The position numbers and the translations under genes are program-made. Below, piece by piece: positions 8,977 through 19,614 of a stretch of DNA of 64,000 nucleotides (positions are counted from its first letter, which is position 1; each line of letters opens with the position of its first letter). Below the pieces are notes generated by a model, which was not told the DNA's origin, did not search any database, and saw only the letters and a program-made list of their open reading frames with translations. Location: NCBI GenBank assembly GCA_000146465.1, contig CP001946.1; one strand, written 5' to 3'.

Positions 8977-10182
8977 TTAACTTCTTTTAATAGAGAGCTT
9001 AAGCCGCTCCTTATGTATAAGGTGATTACACTTGATTAGCTTGTTCATCACATCATCAACGCTGTCATTCCACTTTCTCTTCCTAAATTCGATAATCCCT
9101 GTCTTTTGATTGATCTTACATTTTGTAAACTTGTTGTTGACCATGAAGGATATCTTTCGGATGACGTTTTCTGAGGAGCTTTGCATCACCATTGAGATCT
9201 CTTGGATGCTGATAGACGAGTAAAACCTTTCAACAATTCTGAAGTTGTGCTCATCGATTACAGAGCCAAGATCATTCAAGTAGATTGAGACATCTAGGAC
9301 AGAGGAAAAGGCCTGTTGTATCTCATTGATCATTGACCTGTCTATAATGATACGTGACAAGAACCTATTTACAATGGATCTGGAAACCTCATCGTTGTTT
9401 TTGTCCAGGCTGAGCTTTCTCAACATTTCTATCCTTCTGTCAACCACATCTTCCATTTCTGTTTCGCATGTTGTTAGGATACAAAAGAACGAGCTCAGTA
9501 CAACATAGCAGGTAGAGTTTTCTCCAAGCTTACTGAGGGAGTAGTAAACGTCGGATGCATTGAAATATCTCCTCTGCCCAAGATGGAGCAATACGATAAG
9601 CTCATAGAACTTGATCTTCTCAGCAACAGTATCGTTCTCTTCAAAGTACTTTCTCCTGATCTTCTTCATGCTTATGTCTGCCCTTATCCAATCTTGGTTC
9701 TGCACACACAGCCTTAGTTGCTCAAGCTGGTAGTTGACCACAACACTTTCCTTAACCATTGTAAATGTTTCCACCGGAACATTTATAACCACATCCAGTG
9801 CACTCTTGATGTCTCCAGACAACTCGTATCTTTTCTTAAGCTCTTCTGTGATGTATATCCTTTCCTCTTCAAGAAAAATCCTCCCTTCAATCACTTCTCT
9901 CAAGATAGAGCTGAAAAACACAACAAACCCTTTCTCTTGCTTCTTCCTTTCAAATAGCTGCCCAATCATCCATTTGATTGCCATTCGGTTCTGGCCTCTC
10001 TTTATTGTAAGGACCCGGGCGAGCCCAACAAGTTCCTCGTCAGACTTACAAAGATTCATCAGGTCTTCAAATGTCTTTAAAAGTGTCTCGTAGTCATTTT
10101 TTACCCTGGCCTTTCTTTCCTTTTCTAAAAGTTCCTCCATTCCCAAGGGCTGCCCAAGATCACAAAAATCCATTTCAAACAA
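8977..10182 (-). CDS. PCI-domain 26S proteasome lid subunit (Rpn5/PSMD12-like)
   Basis: A helical TPR-like N-terminus is followed by a PCI/winged-helix C-terminus ending in KINQKTGIIEF, which is analogous to the conserved ...ID...GIV.F PCI motif. Assignment among Rpn5, Rpn6 and Rpn7 is not certain. Confidence 0.6.
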   Translation of the reverse strand: MFEMDFCDLGQPLGMEELLEKERKARVKNDYETLLKTFEDLMNLCKSDEELVGLARVLTIKRGQNRMAIKWMIGQLFERKKQEKGFVVFFSSILREVIEGRIFLEEERIYITEELKKRYELSGDIKSALDVVINVPVETFTMVKESVVVNYQLEQLRLCVQNQDWIRADISMKKIRRKYFEENDTVAEKIKFYELIVLLHLGQRRYFNASDVYYSLSKLGENSTCYVVLSSFFCILTTCETEMEDVVDRRIEMLRKLSLDKNNDEVSRSIVNRFLSRIIIDRSMINEIQQAFSSVLDVSIYLNDLGSVIDEHNFRIVERFYSSISIQEISMVMQSSSENVIRKISFMVNNKFTKCKINQKTGIIEFRKRKWNDSVDDVMNKLIKCNHLIHKERLKLSIKRS

Positions 10183-10198
10183 TAGCTCAACAAAGACT

Positions 10199-10705
10199 TT
10201 AATTCCTGATGTTTTTCCTTGGCTTCCAGAAAATGTTTTCTGGACGGCAGTATGTTTTCATTATAAATGTAAGGAGTATTCCAAAGCTATTGAAGGCCAC
10301 AAACTGCACAGTGAAGTCGGGAATCACAATCCAGTCTACAACCCTGTTCCCCCACACGGCCTTACCTTCGATGACTCCGACGGCTTTGATCACAACGCCT
10401 TCATCAATATAGGGCGAGCACTCCCACACTCTACATAGATTCTTTTCCCAGAGAATGTCAAGCACTCTCTTTCCCTTCAGGCAGAAGATAACAATGGTTG
10501 AAGATTTCTTCTCTACTATTCTATATACAGGCATGGATATAAGGTGTGGTATGACATTTGAAGGATACTCAATGGCCAAGAAGTGTGTGGTTGGATGTGT
10601 GGTTGTGTATCTTATGATGCTCTTGGAACAGTCTGTAGAAATTATCTCGCATGAGAAACACAATACTGACGAGGCCATAACTAACCATCCAAACAGAATA
10701 AACAT
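10199..10705 (-). CDS. Hypothetical membrane protein with an N-terminal signal anchor and a C-terminal TM segment
   Basis: 168 aa. Hydrophobic N-terminus MFILFGWLVMASSVLCF and C-terminal FNSFGILLTFIM. It is possibly a signal-peptidase or translocon accessory subunit but this is not established. Confidence 0.35.
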   Translation of the reverse strand: MFILFGWLVMASSVLCFSCEIISTDCSKSIIRYTTTHPTTHFLAIEYPSNVIPHLISMPVYRIVEKKSSTIVIFCLKGKRVLDILWEKNLCRVWECSPYIDEGVVIKAVGVIEGKAVWGNRVVDWIVIPDFTVQFVAFNSFGILLTFIMKTYCRPENIFWKPRKNIRN

Positions 10706-10768
10706 CTAGGGATCCCCTTGGGTGCTTCGCAACTTTCATTTATGAAAAAGGAATGGATGGGGCCCTAG

Positions 10769-13700
10769 ATGAATCCGTTTGCAGAGGACATACAGTTTGA
10801 CCCCAGGCTCTATGAGGTAGTTTCTAGAGCCGGGAAAAAGAATGACAAGACAAAGCTTAAGGGACTTCGAGAGCTAAATGACATGCTGGACGGTGTTGAT
10901 TTAGAAGCAAACATCGATACATTGTTAGAGGTGGTAGAGGATGCAATGAAGTCTCAAGACCTCCAGATAAAGAACCTATCGATCGATATTCTCTACAGGC
11001 TTCTCTCTTCGGTAAAGGATAGGCTGAAGTTCAAGAGGGTGCTCTCTATTTGGCTTTATGGATTTATAGAAAACCCTGTATATTCCACCTCAAAAAAGAT
11101 CTTCACTGAGTTTGTGAGGATTGAAGAATTGGAAGACGAATTCGTGCAGATATTAAACTTTAAGGAAAACCCTGTGCTTGGATTGTCCTGCTTGCAGCTC
11201 CTGGTAAAGAAAGGAAGAAAGGACTACTCAGGAGTGATTTCAGAAAACATCAAGTACCTAGATTTAAACTCTGCAAGGGAGTTGAGGGAAATTTACAAGC
11301 TATGCAAGATGCAAGGGAAGATTGAAGGTCTTTACAAAAAGGTTGTCGAAGTTAGGGGGCCTAATCTTGCAAATCTCAAATGGAAGATTCTCTTAGATAT
11401 ATTTGGTTCGGTCCCAGAGTGTATTAAGAGCGATGGAAAGTATCTTGACTCTGAAACGCTTTCAAGGGCTGTGGAGAAGTTGGATGTATGTGATGATATA
11501 CCGGTGAGGACCATTGATGCACTTCGTATAGTTTTCCCTAAGATTAAGGACAAGAGACATTACATGAAAGGATATCTAAAAAACGGATCTATAGAGGAAA
11601 TATGTATTCTTGAGTTCCTTAACGACTTCCACTTTCTGAACGAGAATGCAGGTTTTGAGACGGTTAACAAACTGATTGAGAATGTGATGAACATCCATTT
11701 TCAAAGCGACAGAGATGTAGAGAAGTCAATCAGCAAAATGAACATAGAGGTTCATTCAGAAAGTTGTCCTTCTCCAAACGAGAAGCTTAGGGAAAGCCAT
11801 GAACACATATGCTCCTTGGACGAATCGGATTTCAGAGGAAGTATTCTTAGAATGCTTTTATCTTCGCTAGATGGGCTCCATGGAAAGAAGAAGATAATCC
11901 GAGCAGATATCTTGGGGATAGAACTTAATCCAGATGAGTTTTCAAAGGAAGAGATAGAGGAAGTGTTTCAACATTCGGTTAATGTGTTTCCAAAGGACTA
12001 TATTCTGAACTCATCTTTTAGCTGCAATCTTCTTCCTTTGGTGCTAAAGTATCCTGAAGATGTAGGAGAAGAAAAAATAAGGAAAACAATATGCAAGGAT
12101 AACCTCTTTCTATTTATTCCTGTGTGCAAGGATCTAGATTTTCTAAGGTCACTTGTATTTTCATATGATAACAGGTCTATAAACGAGATCTATCTATCTT
12201 CGGATATCCCTTCTGAGCTAGATCTGGATTTTTACTACAGACTCGGAGATAAAATAGATAAGCCTAGGATTGTGGACTACAAAAGAGTTCTAGAACAATA
12301 TCTGGACCGTGAGTTCATAAGTGGTATGATTGAGAGTGAAATAATGGACAGAAATGTATTGTACACTACAGTGGTTGAGCAGTTGAGTTTGACAGATGTT
12401 CCCATTAGTACCAGCTATACAAGTGCGTTTTATGATTGGGACGAATGCTTTTATAGAGATATTAAGATTCGAGAGCAATCGCAAATGGTTCTGGGGCTTA
12501 GAGATGTATATATATGTATACACAAGGGGGCTTTGGAGGCATTTCTTCTACTTGTTCTAGATGCCATGTGTGATGATGAGGATGAGTCCTTAGACGAGAA
12601 GCTGAAAAGTATGGGAGTACCTGGTGGAAAAAAAGCATTAGCAGAAAGTGTTCTTGGAAGCCAGTCTGCAATAGAGAAATGGAAAAACACCGATTTGGGA
12701 ACAAATCAGCACTTTGTTGAAAAGGTGTTTTTCGATCTAGGTCTTCCATCGAGAAGATGTGGTGATAAAAAACTTGAGCAACTTCTGGAGGAAGGAGGGC
12801 CACGAGCGATTGATTATGTTTTTAGGAAGCACATCATTCCTCCACGATTTGTTGCATCGGTGGACTTTAGTTATCTCAGTAACAAGGCGCTTATGTATGT
12901 AATCGGTATCCTGGAACGGGGATCTAGGAATGGCTTCCCAATAAGATTTGAGGAATTCCCAGTGGAAGATCTGGAAAGTTGTTTCTGCGTGGATAGAAAG
13001 GCTATAGATACCCATCTTTTAGAGTCTCTCGGGCTGGTAAGGACTCTTGAAGATCTCGGTATAGAAGAAGTTGTCCAGATGATAGAAAAGGATCAGCAGC
13101 TGCAAAGAAAGGAACTTTATAAGAAAAGATACTCCATTTATTCTCCATTGCTAAGGACCATTTATATCCATGTAGCAAATTCCATACTCAACATGTACAG
13201 TATATCGAGGTTGGACATAAACTCTGTCGATGACGAGGTCTATTCTCTCTTAAGGGGATGTCTCTTTGAATCGGAGATTTTGTTCTGGAACCTCCTCCTC
13301 AATTCTCTTCTAACCATCAGAAACATTAGGGTCAATGCCTTCCTAGAGAAGATGGTTGGGAAAAACGAGAAATGGAAGGAATTTCTTCAAGATGCAGATC
13401 TCGAGCAAAGGTCTCTATTTGCATTTGTATTTCCAAATTTGTTTGCCACAGCACCCAAGATGGAGATATTTTTGGACCCGTTTATACTAAAGGAGACGTC
13501 CATAGGAGTAATAGATGTTTCTGCTAAGACCCAGAAGCTTACCAACGGATTCGACATCAGAATTACCTATGAAGCAGGAGGCACTCAATTTACAGCTCTT
13601 ATATCGATTCCATCAGACTATCCATACAAAAAGCCTATATTTACCTCCGAGATGGGAAAGAAAAGTCTTCTTAATCTCAAAATCAACGAGATGATCAAGA

Positions 13701-13954
13701 GATGTTCAAAGTTCATGGAACTTGTGGGGTTGTGGAAGATCAACATTGACGAGAAGCTTTCTGGCCATGGAGAATGTCCCATATGTTATCTCGTCATAGA
13801 CATACATGACTCGTCATTTCCAAATGCCCAGTGTGAAACGTGCAAAAATAAGTTCCATTCACGATGCATTGTAAAATGGGTTGCTGCAGGAACAAGAAAC
13901 AACTGCCCGATGTGCAGGAGACCTATAGAAGTGATTCCAGGAAAGGGTACGTAG
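10769..13954 (+). CDS. LTN1: E3 ubiquitin ligase listerin (Ltn1-like), HEAT-repeat body with RWD and C-terminal RING
   Basis: C-terminal CPICY...CETCKNKFHSRCIVKW...CPMCRRPI is the listerin-type RING-CH, preceded by an RWD-like ITYEAGGTQFTALISIPSDYPYKKP. The long alpha-helical repeat body is present. At 1061 aa it is reduced. Confidence 0.75.
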   Translation: MNPFAEDIQFDPRLYEVVSRAGKKNDKTKLKGLRELNDMLDGVDLEANIDTLLEVVEDAMKSQDLQIKNLSIDILYRLLSSVKDRLKFKRVLSIWLYGFIENPVYSTSKKIFTEFVRIEELEDEFVQILNFKENPVLGLSCLQLLVKKGRKDYSGVISENIKYLDLNSARELREIYKLCKMQGKIEGLYKKVVEVRGPNLANLKWKILLDIFGSVPECIKSDGKYLDSETLSRAVEKLDVCDDIPVRTIDALRIVFPKIKDKRHYMKGYLKNGSIEEICILEFLNDFHFLNENAGFETVNKLIENVMNIHFQSDRDVEKSISKMNIEVHSESCPSPNEKLRESHEHICSLDESDFRGSILRMLLSSLDGLHGKKKIIRADILGIELNPDEFSKEEIEEVFQHSVNVFPKDYILNSSFSCNLLPLVLKYPEDVGEEKIRKTICKDNLFLFIPVCKDLDFLRSLVFSYDNRSINEIYLSSDIPSELDLDFYYRLGDKIDKPRIVDYKRVLEQYLDREFISGMIESEIMDRNVLYTTVVEQLSLTDVPISTSYTSAFYDWDECFYRDIKIREQSQMVLGLRDVYICIHKGALEAFLLLVLDAMCDDEDESLDEKLKSMGVPGGKKALAESVLGSQSAIEKWKNTDLGTNQHFVEKVFFDLGLPSRRCGDKKLEQLLEEGGPRAIDYVFRKHIIPPRFVASVDFSYLSNKALMYVIGILERGSRNGFPIRFEEFPVEDLESCFCVDRKAIDTHLLESLGLVRTLEDLGIEEVVQMIEKDQQLQRKELYKKRYSIYSPLLRTIYIHVANSILNMYSISRLDINSVDDEVYSLLRGCLFESEILFWNLLLNSLLTIRNIRVNAFLEKMVGKNEKWKEFLQDADLEQRSLFAFVFPNLFATAPKMEIFLDPFILKETSIGVIDVSAKTQKLTNGFDIRITYEAGGTQFTALISIPSDYPYKKPIFTSEMGKKSLLNLKINEMIKRCSKFMELVGLWKINIDEKLSGHGECPICYLVIDIHDSSFPNAQCETCKNKFHSRCIVKWVAAGTRNNCPMCRRPIEVIPGKGT

Positions 13955-14012
13955 GCCAGTTCTTTGGTTTCTATCAACAATTTAATTGAATTTTATATCA
14001 AGATCACTGCAG

Positions 14013-15704
14013 CTACTTCCTTGTTCTAATAAACTCTTTTAGTGTTTCTGGATCTAGGCACAACGAATTGTTCCTAAGGAACTTGAATAGCATTTGGAAG
14101 GTCGATGATCTTCTGAATGTTCTGGAATCCCCAATCACCACCAGCCCTTTTTTACACCGGGTTAGAGCAACATTGAGTCTTTTCTCGTTGTCCAGAAACC
14201 CAAATTCGTCTCGGTCGTTGCATCTCACCAGTGTTATTATTATATAGTCTCTCTCCTGCCCTTGAAAGCCATCTACGGTAGAGACCTCTACATCCACCAT
14301 ATCCCGAAGAAGTAATACCTGGGAAGTATAGGGCGCTATGATTCCAACCTCCTCTCCTTGGAGAGTCTCAACAATGCTTTTTACTATCTCAGCTTCCCCT
14401 ATATTGGATTTTGAGACCCCGTCGCTTTCATAAAGCTCGAAGTACTGAGTGTCGACAAACAGAATTAAGCTCTTTCCAAACACCGATGTGTGCTCCTCGG
14501 TGATGCTTTTGACTCGTCCATTATAAAATACTTCGTTACTGAACTTCAAAAGGCCTGAGGGCATTCTGTACTGCTCATTCAAAAGCATAGTTGGAAGATT
14601 AAGGGATTCATATAGAGAGGATGTTTCCGGGCATAGCTGCATGGGGTCACCAACAAGGATGAATGTGCTTCCTTTAGAAACAGCAAGAAAAGACTCGGCC
14701 TCACATGCCTGGCATGCCTCATCAATCAGAACCCAATCGAACTTAGTCTTCTCCTTAAGAGAAGAAAATAACGTGGCAAACACAACAGAGGAGTTTGCTT
14801 GCTTCTCTTCAATGAATTTTTTTTGCTTCTCTCTTTTGTCTTTATAGAAGTTCTTGTCATTTCTCTCTTTCTTCATAAACTTAGTGTGCAACTCTGCCTG
14901 CGAATCCAGGTTCAGGTGGCTAAAACCTTTTTCAGAGCTTCCGAGGCGATAGAAGGAGGGTTGGTTACATGCGAAGTATTTACTCTTCAAAAACCTTTCT
15001 ATAATGTTGTCGACAGACACATTGCTGGGCCCACATACAAGAACCCTTTTGTTGTTGACCAAAAGTTGAGATATTATTTCTACCACTGTTCTTGTCTTTC
15101 CAGTCCCCGGAGGCCCGAGTATTTTGTATGGATTGTTGTATTTTAACATCTCCACTGCTTTCCTTTGGCTTTCGTTCAGAGAGGAGTCATATAGATTGAG
15201 ACTCCAACTCTCAGCTATTTTGCTGTTTCTTATATCCAGAATATCTTTTTTTAGGTTGTGTGCTTCTTTTGCCCCTCTCCATGATTCTACTATGAAATCA
15301 TTGAAAGGTTTCCCCAACTTAACAAATCTCTCAAGATTGTCTAGAAGGACTCTGTTAGTATACTTGAGGTCAAGGACAGCTTCAAAGTCATATCCTTTGA
15401 GCTTTCTATTCCCAACGGCCCTAACTATATCCCCTTCAATTCCCACAACAGTACATCTCACTGGGCCGCTAGGAGTTTGCACGAATAGTTTTTCTTCCTC
15501 CTTCAACACTCTAGATATCTTAGTTCTTCTCGACATTGACACCACCCTCAGGGAATACAAATAAGCTCCTCCTCTATTTTCCATTGAAGCAAGTTTACAC
15601 TTGAACTTGGTTGTTGGGCTCTCCTTTTCCTGGGCTTCCAGAATTCCTTGTAGATCCTTGCACAAGTGATCCAGATATTCCTTTCTTCGGGAATCTATCT
15701 CCAT
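14013..15704 (-). CDS. Superfamily-1 Upf1-like DNA/RNA helicase (Hcs1/IGHMBP2/Sen1-type)
   Basis: Walker A GPPGTGKT, a DEAC motif (LIDEACQA), and the C-terminal AAA_12 motifs VDGFQGQERDYIII and LNVALTRCKKGLVVIG. Confidence 0.8.
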   Translation of the reverse strand: MEIDSRRKEYLDHLCKDLQGILEAQEKESPTTKFKCKLASMENRGGAYLYSLRVVSMSRRTKISRVLKEEEKLFVQTPSGPVRCTVVGIEGDIVRAVGNRKLKGYDFEAVLDLKYTNRVLLDNLERFVKLGKPFNDFIVESWRGAKEAHNLKKDILDIRNSKIAESWSLNLYDSSLNESQRKAVEMLKYNNPYKILGPPGTGKTRTVVEIISQLLVNNKRVLVCGPSNVSVDNIIERFLKSKYFACNQPSFYRLGSSEKGFSHLNLDSQAELHTKFMKKERNDKNFYKDKREKQKKFIEEKQANSSVVFATLFSSLKEKTKFDWVLIDEACQACEAESFLAVSKGSTFILVGDPMQLCPETSSLYESLNLPTMLLNEQYRMPSGLLKFSNEVFYNGRVKSITEEHTSVFGKSLILFVDTQYFELYESDGVSKSNIGEAEIVKSIVETLQGEEVGIIAPYTSQVLLLRDMVDVEVSTVDGFQGQERDYIIITLVRCNDRDEFGFLDNEKRLNVALTRCKKGLVVIGDSRTFRRSSTFQMLFKFLRNNSLCLDPETLKEFIRTRK

Positions 15705-15749
15705 TGACCCCTACATCAGATCAAATTCTATACTACGAAGCCCATTGGA

Positions 15750-16763
15750 ATGAGTGTCGAGCAAAAGCTTCATTTGATTACAAGAAACCTCCAGGAGGTT
15801 CTAGGACTGGAAGAACTGAAAAAAATTGTTTCTGAGAGAAATCTAAATGTTTATTGGGGAACAGCCATAACGGGAAGACCACATATAGCCTATTTAGTTC
15901 CTCTTATGAAGGTGAAAGATTTTCTAGATGCAGGATGTAATGTAAAGGTTCTTCTTGCAGACATCCATGGGTTTCTCGACAATCTCAAGGCGCCCATCGA
16001 AAAGGTTCAGGACAGATGCATATATTACGAAAAGTTGATAAAGTCCTGTTTGAAGATGTTGGGAGTAGACCTTGGAAGAATCCAGTTTATCAAGGGAAGT
16101 GAGTTTCAGAAATCTAACGAGTATACAATGGACTTGTACAAGATCTTGTCCATAACATCTGAGCACGATGCAAAAAAGGCAGGGGCACAGGTTGTCAAGC
16201 AGGTCAAAAATCCGATGGTGAGCTCTCTAATATATCCGGCTATGCAGGCTCTTGACGAAGTGCATCTATCAGTAGACGCACAGTTTGGAGGAGTCGACCA
16301 GAGGAAGATATTCACATATGCCAGGAAATACCTTCCTCTTCTCAACTACGAGAAAAGAATACATCTGATGAGTCCGATGCTCCCAGGATTGAACTCCGAG
16401 AAGATGAGTAGTTCGGACGACCTTTCAAAGATCGATCTTATGGACTCAAAAGAAACCATCTTCAAGAAGATAAAAAAGTGTTTTTGCGAGGAAGGAAACA
16501 AGGAAAATGGGTTAATGAAGATTTTCTCGCATATAATATTTCCTATCTTTCAACACAAGGGAGAGAACGTTAAGATTACGGATAAAGATGGAAGGGAAAT
16601 GGAGTTTGAAAAGTACCAGGAATTCGAAAGCGAATTTGTCAGCAAATCCATCCATCCCGGAGATCTCAAGAGCAACGCAGCAAGGCTCATTGATGGCATC
16701 ATAAGACCTATCCGAGAGGAGATGGAAGAAGATTTGTCTATGGTCAGGCGAGCTTACAATTAA
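15750..16763 (+). CDS. Tyrosyl-tRNA synthetase (class Ic, cytoplasmic type)
   Basis: YWGTAITGRPHIAY (HIGH region), a KMSKS-like EKMSSSD, and the Tyr-binding region LLADIHGFLD. Confidence 0.85.
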   Translation: MSVEQKLHLITRNLQEVLGLEELKKIVSERNLNVYWGTAITGRPHIAYLVPLMKVKDFLDAGCNVKVLLADIHGFLDNLKAPIEKVQDRCIYYEKLIKSCLKMLGVDLGRIQFIKGSEFQKSNEYTMDLYKILSITSEHDAKKAGAQVVKQVKNPMVSSLIYPAMQALDEVHLSVDAQFGGVDQRKIFTYARKYLPLLNYEKRIHLMSPMLPGLNSEKMSSSDDLSKIDLMDSKETIFKKIKKCFCEEGNKENGLMKIFSHIIFPIFQHKGENVKITDKDGREMEFEKYQEFESEFVSKSIHPGDLKSNAARLIDGIIRPIREEMEEDLSMVRRAYN

Positions 16764-16815
16764 AGACAGGGCTGATGTTTTACTTGCTTGTTAAAAACAA
16801 ATCTCACATTACCCT

Positions 16816-17940
16816 GTGATGGAAATACGCCTCTGGCCAAACCAGGAGTTCCGAATCGAGGTTAGTGAAACACAAAAGCTGAAAGTGATGGTTGTGTCTG
16901 GCTTAGCAGAAATCAAGGGCCAGGAGCTTCTCAATGAAAAGTGGTACGCATTCAAGGACATAAAGACATTTATATTCACGTTTTCTGGATGCAAGCTCAA
17001 AGTGGAGGGAGCATGTGATCTACAATATGTGTCTGGCACGACGAATGTCCCTTCGATATTTGGGATCGTCAATTTTTTCTCGAAGAATGGGTTTGACTAT
17101 AGCAAGCTTAGGACATTCATGGTGGTAGGAAATGGAAGATCAACCCTGTGCTTCACACTGATCAACTTCTTTGTGCGAATGGGAAAGAAGGTACTATTCA
17201 CAGAGATAGATCCATCGAGGGGAAACATATTTCCTGGAGCGCTAAGCACCATGCACGTAGACACCTTAATCGACTGTATTGAAGGTCTCCGTCTGAAGAA
17301 CCCGTTATCCTTCTTCTACGGATCCACAGAGATAACAAACATGGAGTTGTATGATCTCCAAACAACGAAGCTCCAGGAGGCTATAAAATCCAAAAACATC
17401 GATGATCTTCATCTGATACTTTGTCCGGAGGGTGCATCTGCGTTTTATAACACGTTAATAAAGAGATTTGAGGTCGATAGAGTTATTGTTGTAGGGAATG
17501 AAAGGTTATACCACACTCTGGACGTGATAGTGGAAAAGTTGATGATCAGTAGAAGCGGTTTTGTTGAAGAAAAGGAAATAGGAAAGAGCATATCCAGATA
17601 CTTCAAAGGGGTGAATAATGAATATACACCATTTACATTCAATGTGAAATACAAGTGGAGGGTTGTGAGAATAGGAGAAATGTATGTTGCACCTGCTAGT
17701 GCTTTGCCACTGGGGAGTGCAAGGAAAGTAGGGTGTGTGGAGGCCTCTGAAGTGGAGATTTCGGAGAATTCTGTCTTAGGGATTTCAGAAGCTAGAGAGA
17801 TAGAAGATGTTGCAGGATCTCCGGTTCTTGGATATGTGGTTGTGATTGATACAGGGACATTCAAAATATTATGTACCCAGCCAAGGCTTCCTAAGTATGT
17901 TTTTTTGATCCAGGGAGACCTCAAGCATATCGAGTACTAG
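16816..17940 (+). CDS. CLP1: mRNA cleavage/polyadenylation factor Clp1 (P-loop polynucleotide kinase fold)
   Basis: The N-terminal EIRLWPNQEFRIEV...AEIKGQEL matches the Clp1 N-domain. P-loop VVGNGRSTLCFTLINF. Three-domain length. Confidence 0.7.
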   Translation: MMEIRLWPNQEFRIEVSETQKLKVMVVSGLAEIKGQELLNEKWYAFKDIKTFIFTFSGCKLKVEGACDLQYVSGTTNVPSIFGIVNFFSKNGFDYSKLRTFMVVGNGRSTLCFTLINFFVRMGKKVLFTEIDPSRGNIFPGALSTMHVDTLIDCIEGLRLKNPLSFFYGSTEITNMELYDLQTTKLQEAIKSKNIDDLHLILCPEGASAFYNTLIKRFEVDRVIVVGNERLYHTLDVIVEKLMISRSGFVEEKEIGKSISRYFKGVNNEYTPFTFNVKYKWRVVRIGEMYVAPASALPLGSARKVGCVEASEVEISENSVLGISEAREIEDVAGSPVLGYVVVIDTGTFKILCTQPRLPKYVFLIQGDLKHIEY

Positions 17941-18000
17941 CTTTCTTAATAAAACATTACAGTTCTCCGACTTTATCCAAACGGAAATTTTGTAAATTCG

Positions 18001-19533
18001 ATGATCCCTTGGATGAACAGAAAGAATCCAGTAAGAGATGCAGGCTCTATTCTCAGAGATAAATACATTACCTCTCATCTGAACGAGAGTTTGAAGATTG
18101 ATCATGAATATCCTCCTCTCCAGAAGGTGGGAGGGATAAAATATCTACTACCAAAGATAACAGAGCTTGTATACAACCCACTGTTTGCTAGGGCGAAGTA
18201 TGACGAGATTGGGATCCATCCGCCCAGTACTCTCCTGCTGCATGGTGTTTCTGGGGTTGGGAAGACGTTTCTTGTAAACTGCATAAGCCAGGAGTACAAG
18301 CTTCCGATTGTCAAGGCGTGTGTAGACTCCGATAAGGAGCTTCGTGAGTCATTCAGGAAGTCATCCTTACTCGAGAAGTCGATTGTGCTCATTGAAGACA
18401 TCGACACTTTAGGAGAGGATGATAAGAAGGTGATATCCCAGCTTTCCGAGTATCTTGAGAACTACAAAGGAAAGTCGATTGTGATTGCTACTGCTCGAAA
18501 CCCCGCATTTATTCATGAAAGTCTCAACAAGTTTGAAAATTCGCTACTGGTGAAAATACCAACGACATCGGAGAGGAGAGAGATCTTGGCCAGTATTACC
18601 GACAGAATGAAATGCCAGGATATTGACTGGCTGGAACTTGCAAAACTTATGCCAGGATTTGTTGGAAGAGACTTGAAGAGAGCCCTTAAGATTGCTTCTA
18701 CAAAAGCCGTGACTGACGGATCACATGTTATCCGGATGGTGGACTTTGAGATGGCGCTAAAGGAGATAAGGTGGAAGGGCACAGACATCACCTTTGATAG
18801 TATTGGATCTCTTGAGGAAGTCAAAGACGAGCTCAACATGAGCATCATCTTTCCGTCCCGATTTCCAGAGAAATTCCACAAGCTTGGGATCACAAGGCCT
18901 TCTGGAATACTTCTTTATGGACCTCCTGGATGTGGAAAAACATTACTTGTTCGGGCTGTGTCGAACATGAGCCATTGCAACTTCTTGAGCATCAAAGGCC
19001 CAGAGCTCATAAGTAAATATGTTGGGGATTCAGAGAAGGAGATAAGGAAGCTGTTTGATAAAGCTAAGCAGCTACAGCCATGCGTGTTGTTTTTTGATGA
19101 GATAGATTCCCTTTGTGGAGAGAGGAATGGAAACGAATTCACCAGTCGCATAGTCAATCAGATATTGACGCTCTTGGACGGGCTTGATGATAGAGGAGAT
19201 GTGTATGTAATTGGAGCCACCAACAGAATCGAGAGCATTGATAAGGCCATATTACGTCCTGGAAGATTCGACAAGATTCTTAAAGTCCCCCTACCATCTA
19301 GAGAAGGATGCGTGGATATATTTAGAAAGTGCACCAAGGGAATACCCATCGAGCCCTTTGATTTTGAAGGATTAGATTTGGAAGGGTTTAGTGGAGCAGA
19401 AATAGCAGGTTTAATTAGAGATGCAGCAATGTTATGCCTGAAACGCAACTTCAATGCAGATTCTTTTTTAATATCCAAAGTGGACATCTTGGAAGCGTTG
19501 AAGGCCGCAAGAGTTACCAAGGACTTCCGGTAG
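18001..19533 (+). CDS. Type-II AAA+ ATPase with two AAA modules (Afg2/Rix7/Cdc48-family)
   Basis: Two Walker A motifs (HGVSGVGKTFLV; GPPGCGKTLLV). The D2 module has Walker B VLFFDEIDSL and an SRH region (GATNRIESIDKAILRPGRFD). Confidence 0.8.
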   Translation: MIPWMNRKNPVRDAGSILRDKYITSHLNESLKIDHEYPPLQKVGGIKYLLPKITELVYNPLFARAKYDEIGIHPPSTLLLHGVSGVGKTFLVNCISQEYKLPIVKACVDSDKELRESFRKSSLLEKSIVLIEDIDTLGEDDKKVISQLSEYLENYKGKSIVIATARNPAFIHESLNKFENSLLVKIPTTSERREILASITDRMKCQDIDWLELAKLMPGFVGRDLKRALKIASTKAVTDGSHVIRMVDFEMALKEIRWKGTDITFDSIGSLEEVKDELNMSIIFPSRFPEKFHKLGITRPSGILLYGPPGCGKTLLVRAVSNMSHCNFLSIKGPELISKYVGDSEKEIRKLFDKAKQLQPCVLFFDEIDSLCGERNGNEFTSRIVNQILTLLDGLDDRGDVYVIGATNRIESIDKAILRPGRFDKILKVPLPSREGCVDIFRKCTKGIPIEPFDFEGLDLEGFSGAEIAGLIRDAAMLCLKRNFNADSFLISKVDILEALKAARVTKDFR

Positions 19534-19614
19534 GCACTTTAAGCTGATGCCTTCTAAGTTCTCCAAAACCCAATGCAGATAGAGCTACCTAAGATGGAAA
19601 TGGCTCGTTTATTT

